Both the position numbers and the translations under genes were made by a program. Shown in pieces: positions 60,765 through 64,000 of a stretch of 64,000 nt of DNA. The stretch is taken from NCBI RefSeq assembly GCF_009914755.1, contig NC_060926.1; one strand, written 5' to 3'. The notes beneath the pieces are model-generated. The model was given only the letters and a program-made list of their open reading frames with translations, had not been told where the DNA came from and did not search any database. Source of the stretch: the human T2T-CHM13v2.0 reference genome, Homo sapiens. The number at the start of each line of letters is the position of its first letter. Within the stretch, counting starts at the first letter, position 1.

Positions 60765-61789
60765 ATGGGGAGAAACCAGAGCAGAAAAGCTGAAAATTCT
60801 AAAAATCAGAGTGCCTCTTCTCCTCCAAAGGGACACAGCTCCTCACCAGCAACAGAACAAAACTGGATGGAGAATGACTTTGACGACTTGAGAGAAGAAG
60901 GCTTCAGATGATCGGTAATAACAAACTTCTCCTAGCTAAAAGAGGATGTTTGAACCCATCGCAAATAAGCTAAAAACCTTGAAGAAAGATTAGATGAATG
61001 GCTAACTAGAATAAACAATGTAGAGAAGACCTTAAATGACCTGATGGAGCTGAAAATCATGGCATGAGAACTACATGACACATGCACAAGCTTCAGCAGC
61101 TGATTTGATTTAGTGAAAGAAAGGGTATCAGTGATTGAAGATCAAATGAATGAAATGAAGCAAGAAGAGAAGTTTAGAGAAAAAAGAGTAAAAAGAAATG
61201 AACAAAGCCTCCAAGAAGTATGGGACTATGTGAAAAGACCAAATCTACGTCTGATTGGTGTACTTGAAAATGACAGGGAGAATGGAACCAAGTTGGAAAA
61301 CACTCTTCAGGATATTATCCAGAAGAACTTCCCCAACCTAGCAAGGCAGGCCAACATTCAAATTCAGGAAATACAGAGAACGCCACAAAGATACTCCTCG
61401 AGAAGAGCAACCCCAAGACACGTAATTGTCAGATTCACCAAAGTTGAAATGAAGGAAAAAATATTAAGGGCAGCTAGAGAGAAAGGTCGGGTTATCCACA
61501 AAGAGAAGCCCATCAGACTAACAGCAGATCTCTCAGCAGAACTCTACAAGCCAGAAGAGAGTGGGGGCCAATATTCGACATTCTTGAAGAAAAGAATTTT
61601 CAACCCAGAATTTCATATCCAGCCAAACTAAGCTTCCTAAGTGAAGGAGAAATAAAATGCTTTAAAGACAAGCAAATGCTGAGAGATTTTGTCACCACCA
61701 GGCCTGCCTTACAAGAGCTCCTGAAGGAAGCACTAAACATGGAAAGGAACAACTCGTACCAGCCACTGCAAAAACATAACAAATTGTAA
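60765..61789 (+). pseudogene. L1 ORF1 (RNA-binding chaperone), stops and frameshift
   Basis: ATGGGGAGAAACCAG start; peptide NEQSLQEVWDYVKRPNLRLIGV...; fragmented in ORF track. Confidence 0.9.
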
Positions 61790-61852
61790 AGAACATTGAT
61801 GCTAGGAAGAAACTGCATCAAATAACGAGCAAAATAACCAGCTCACATCATA

Positions 61853-64000
<2,148 letters not shown>

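Overview
Human genomic DNA, dominated by primate repeats (Alu, L1, L2, MIR, MaLR/ERVL LTRs, Tigger and hAT fossils). A 5'-truncated AluYb8-type copy points to human rather than another primate. The only clear live-gene feature is a CpG-island promoter at about 9.1-10.2 kb. It contains a non-coding first exon on the minus strand, ending at a CAG|GTGAGT donor at 9711/9710; bases 1-9710 are its first intron. I cannot name this gene, and I see no intact protein-coding exon in the window. The most interesting signal is in the unique sequence between the repeats upstream of the promoter (18-60 kb): a co-oriented plus-strand series of about 11 exon-like segments. Most have acceptor and donor signals, several junctions are phase-compatible, and translations are stop-riddled but protein-like (degenerate EF-hand, then coiled-coil-like, then Trp-containing helical segments). 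The last segment is cut by an L1PA4-7-type element that runs off the window. I interpret this as a candidate decayed multi-exon (unitary) pseudogene divergent from the CpG-island gene; this is inference and needs cross-species alignment. Repeat subfamily names come from recalled consensus motifs, and boundaries are approximate unless a target-site duplication (TSD) is quoted.
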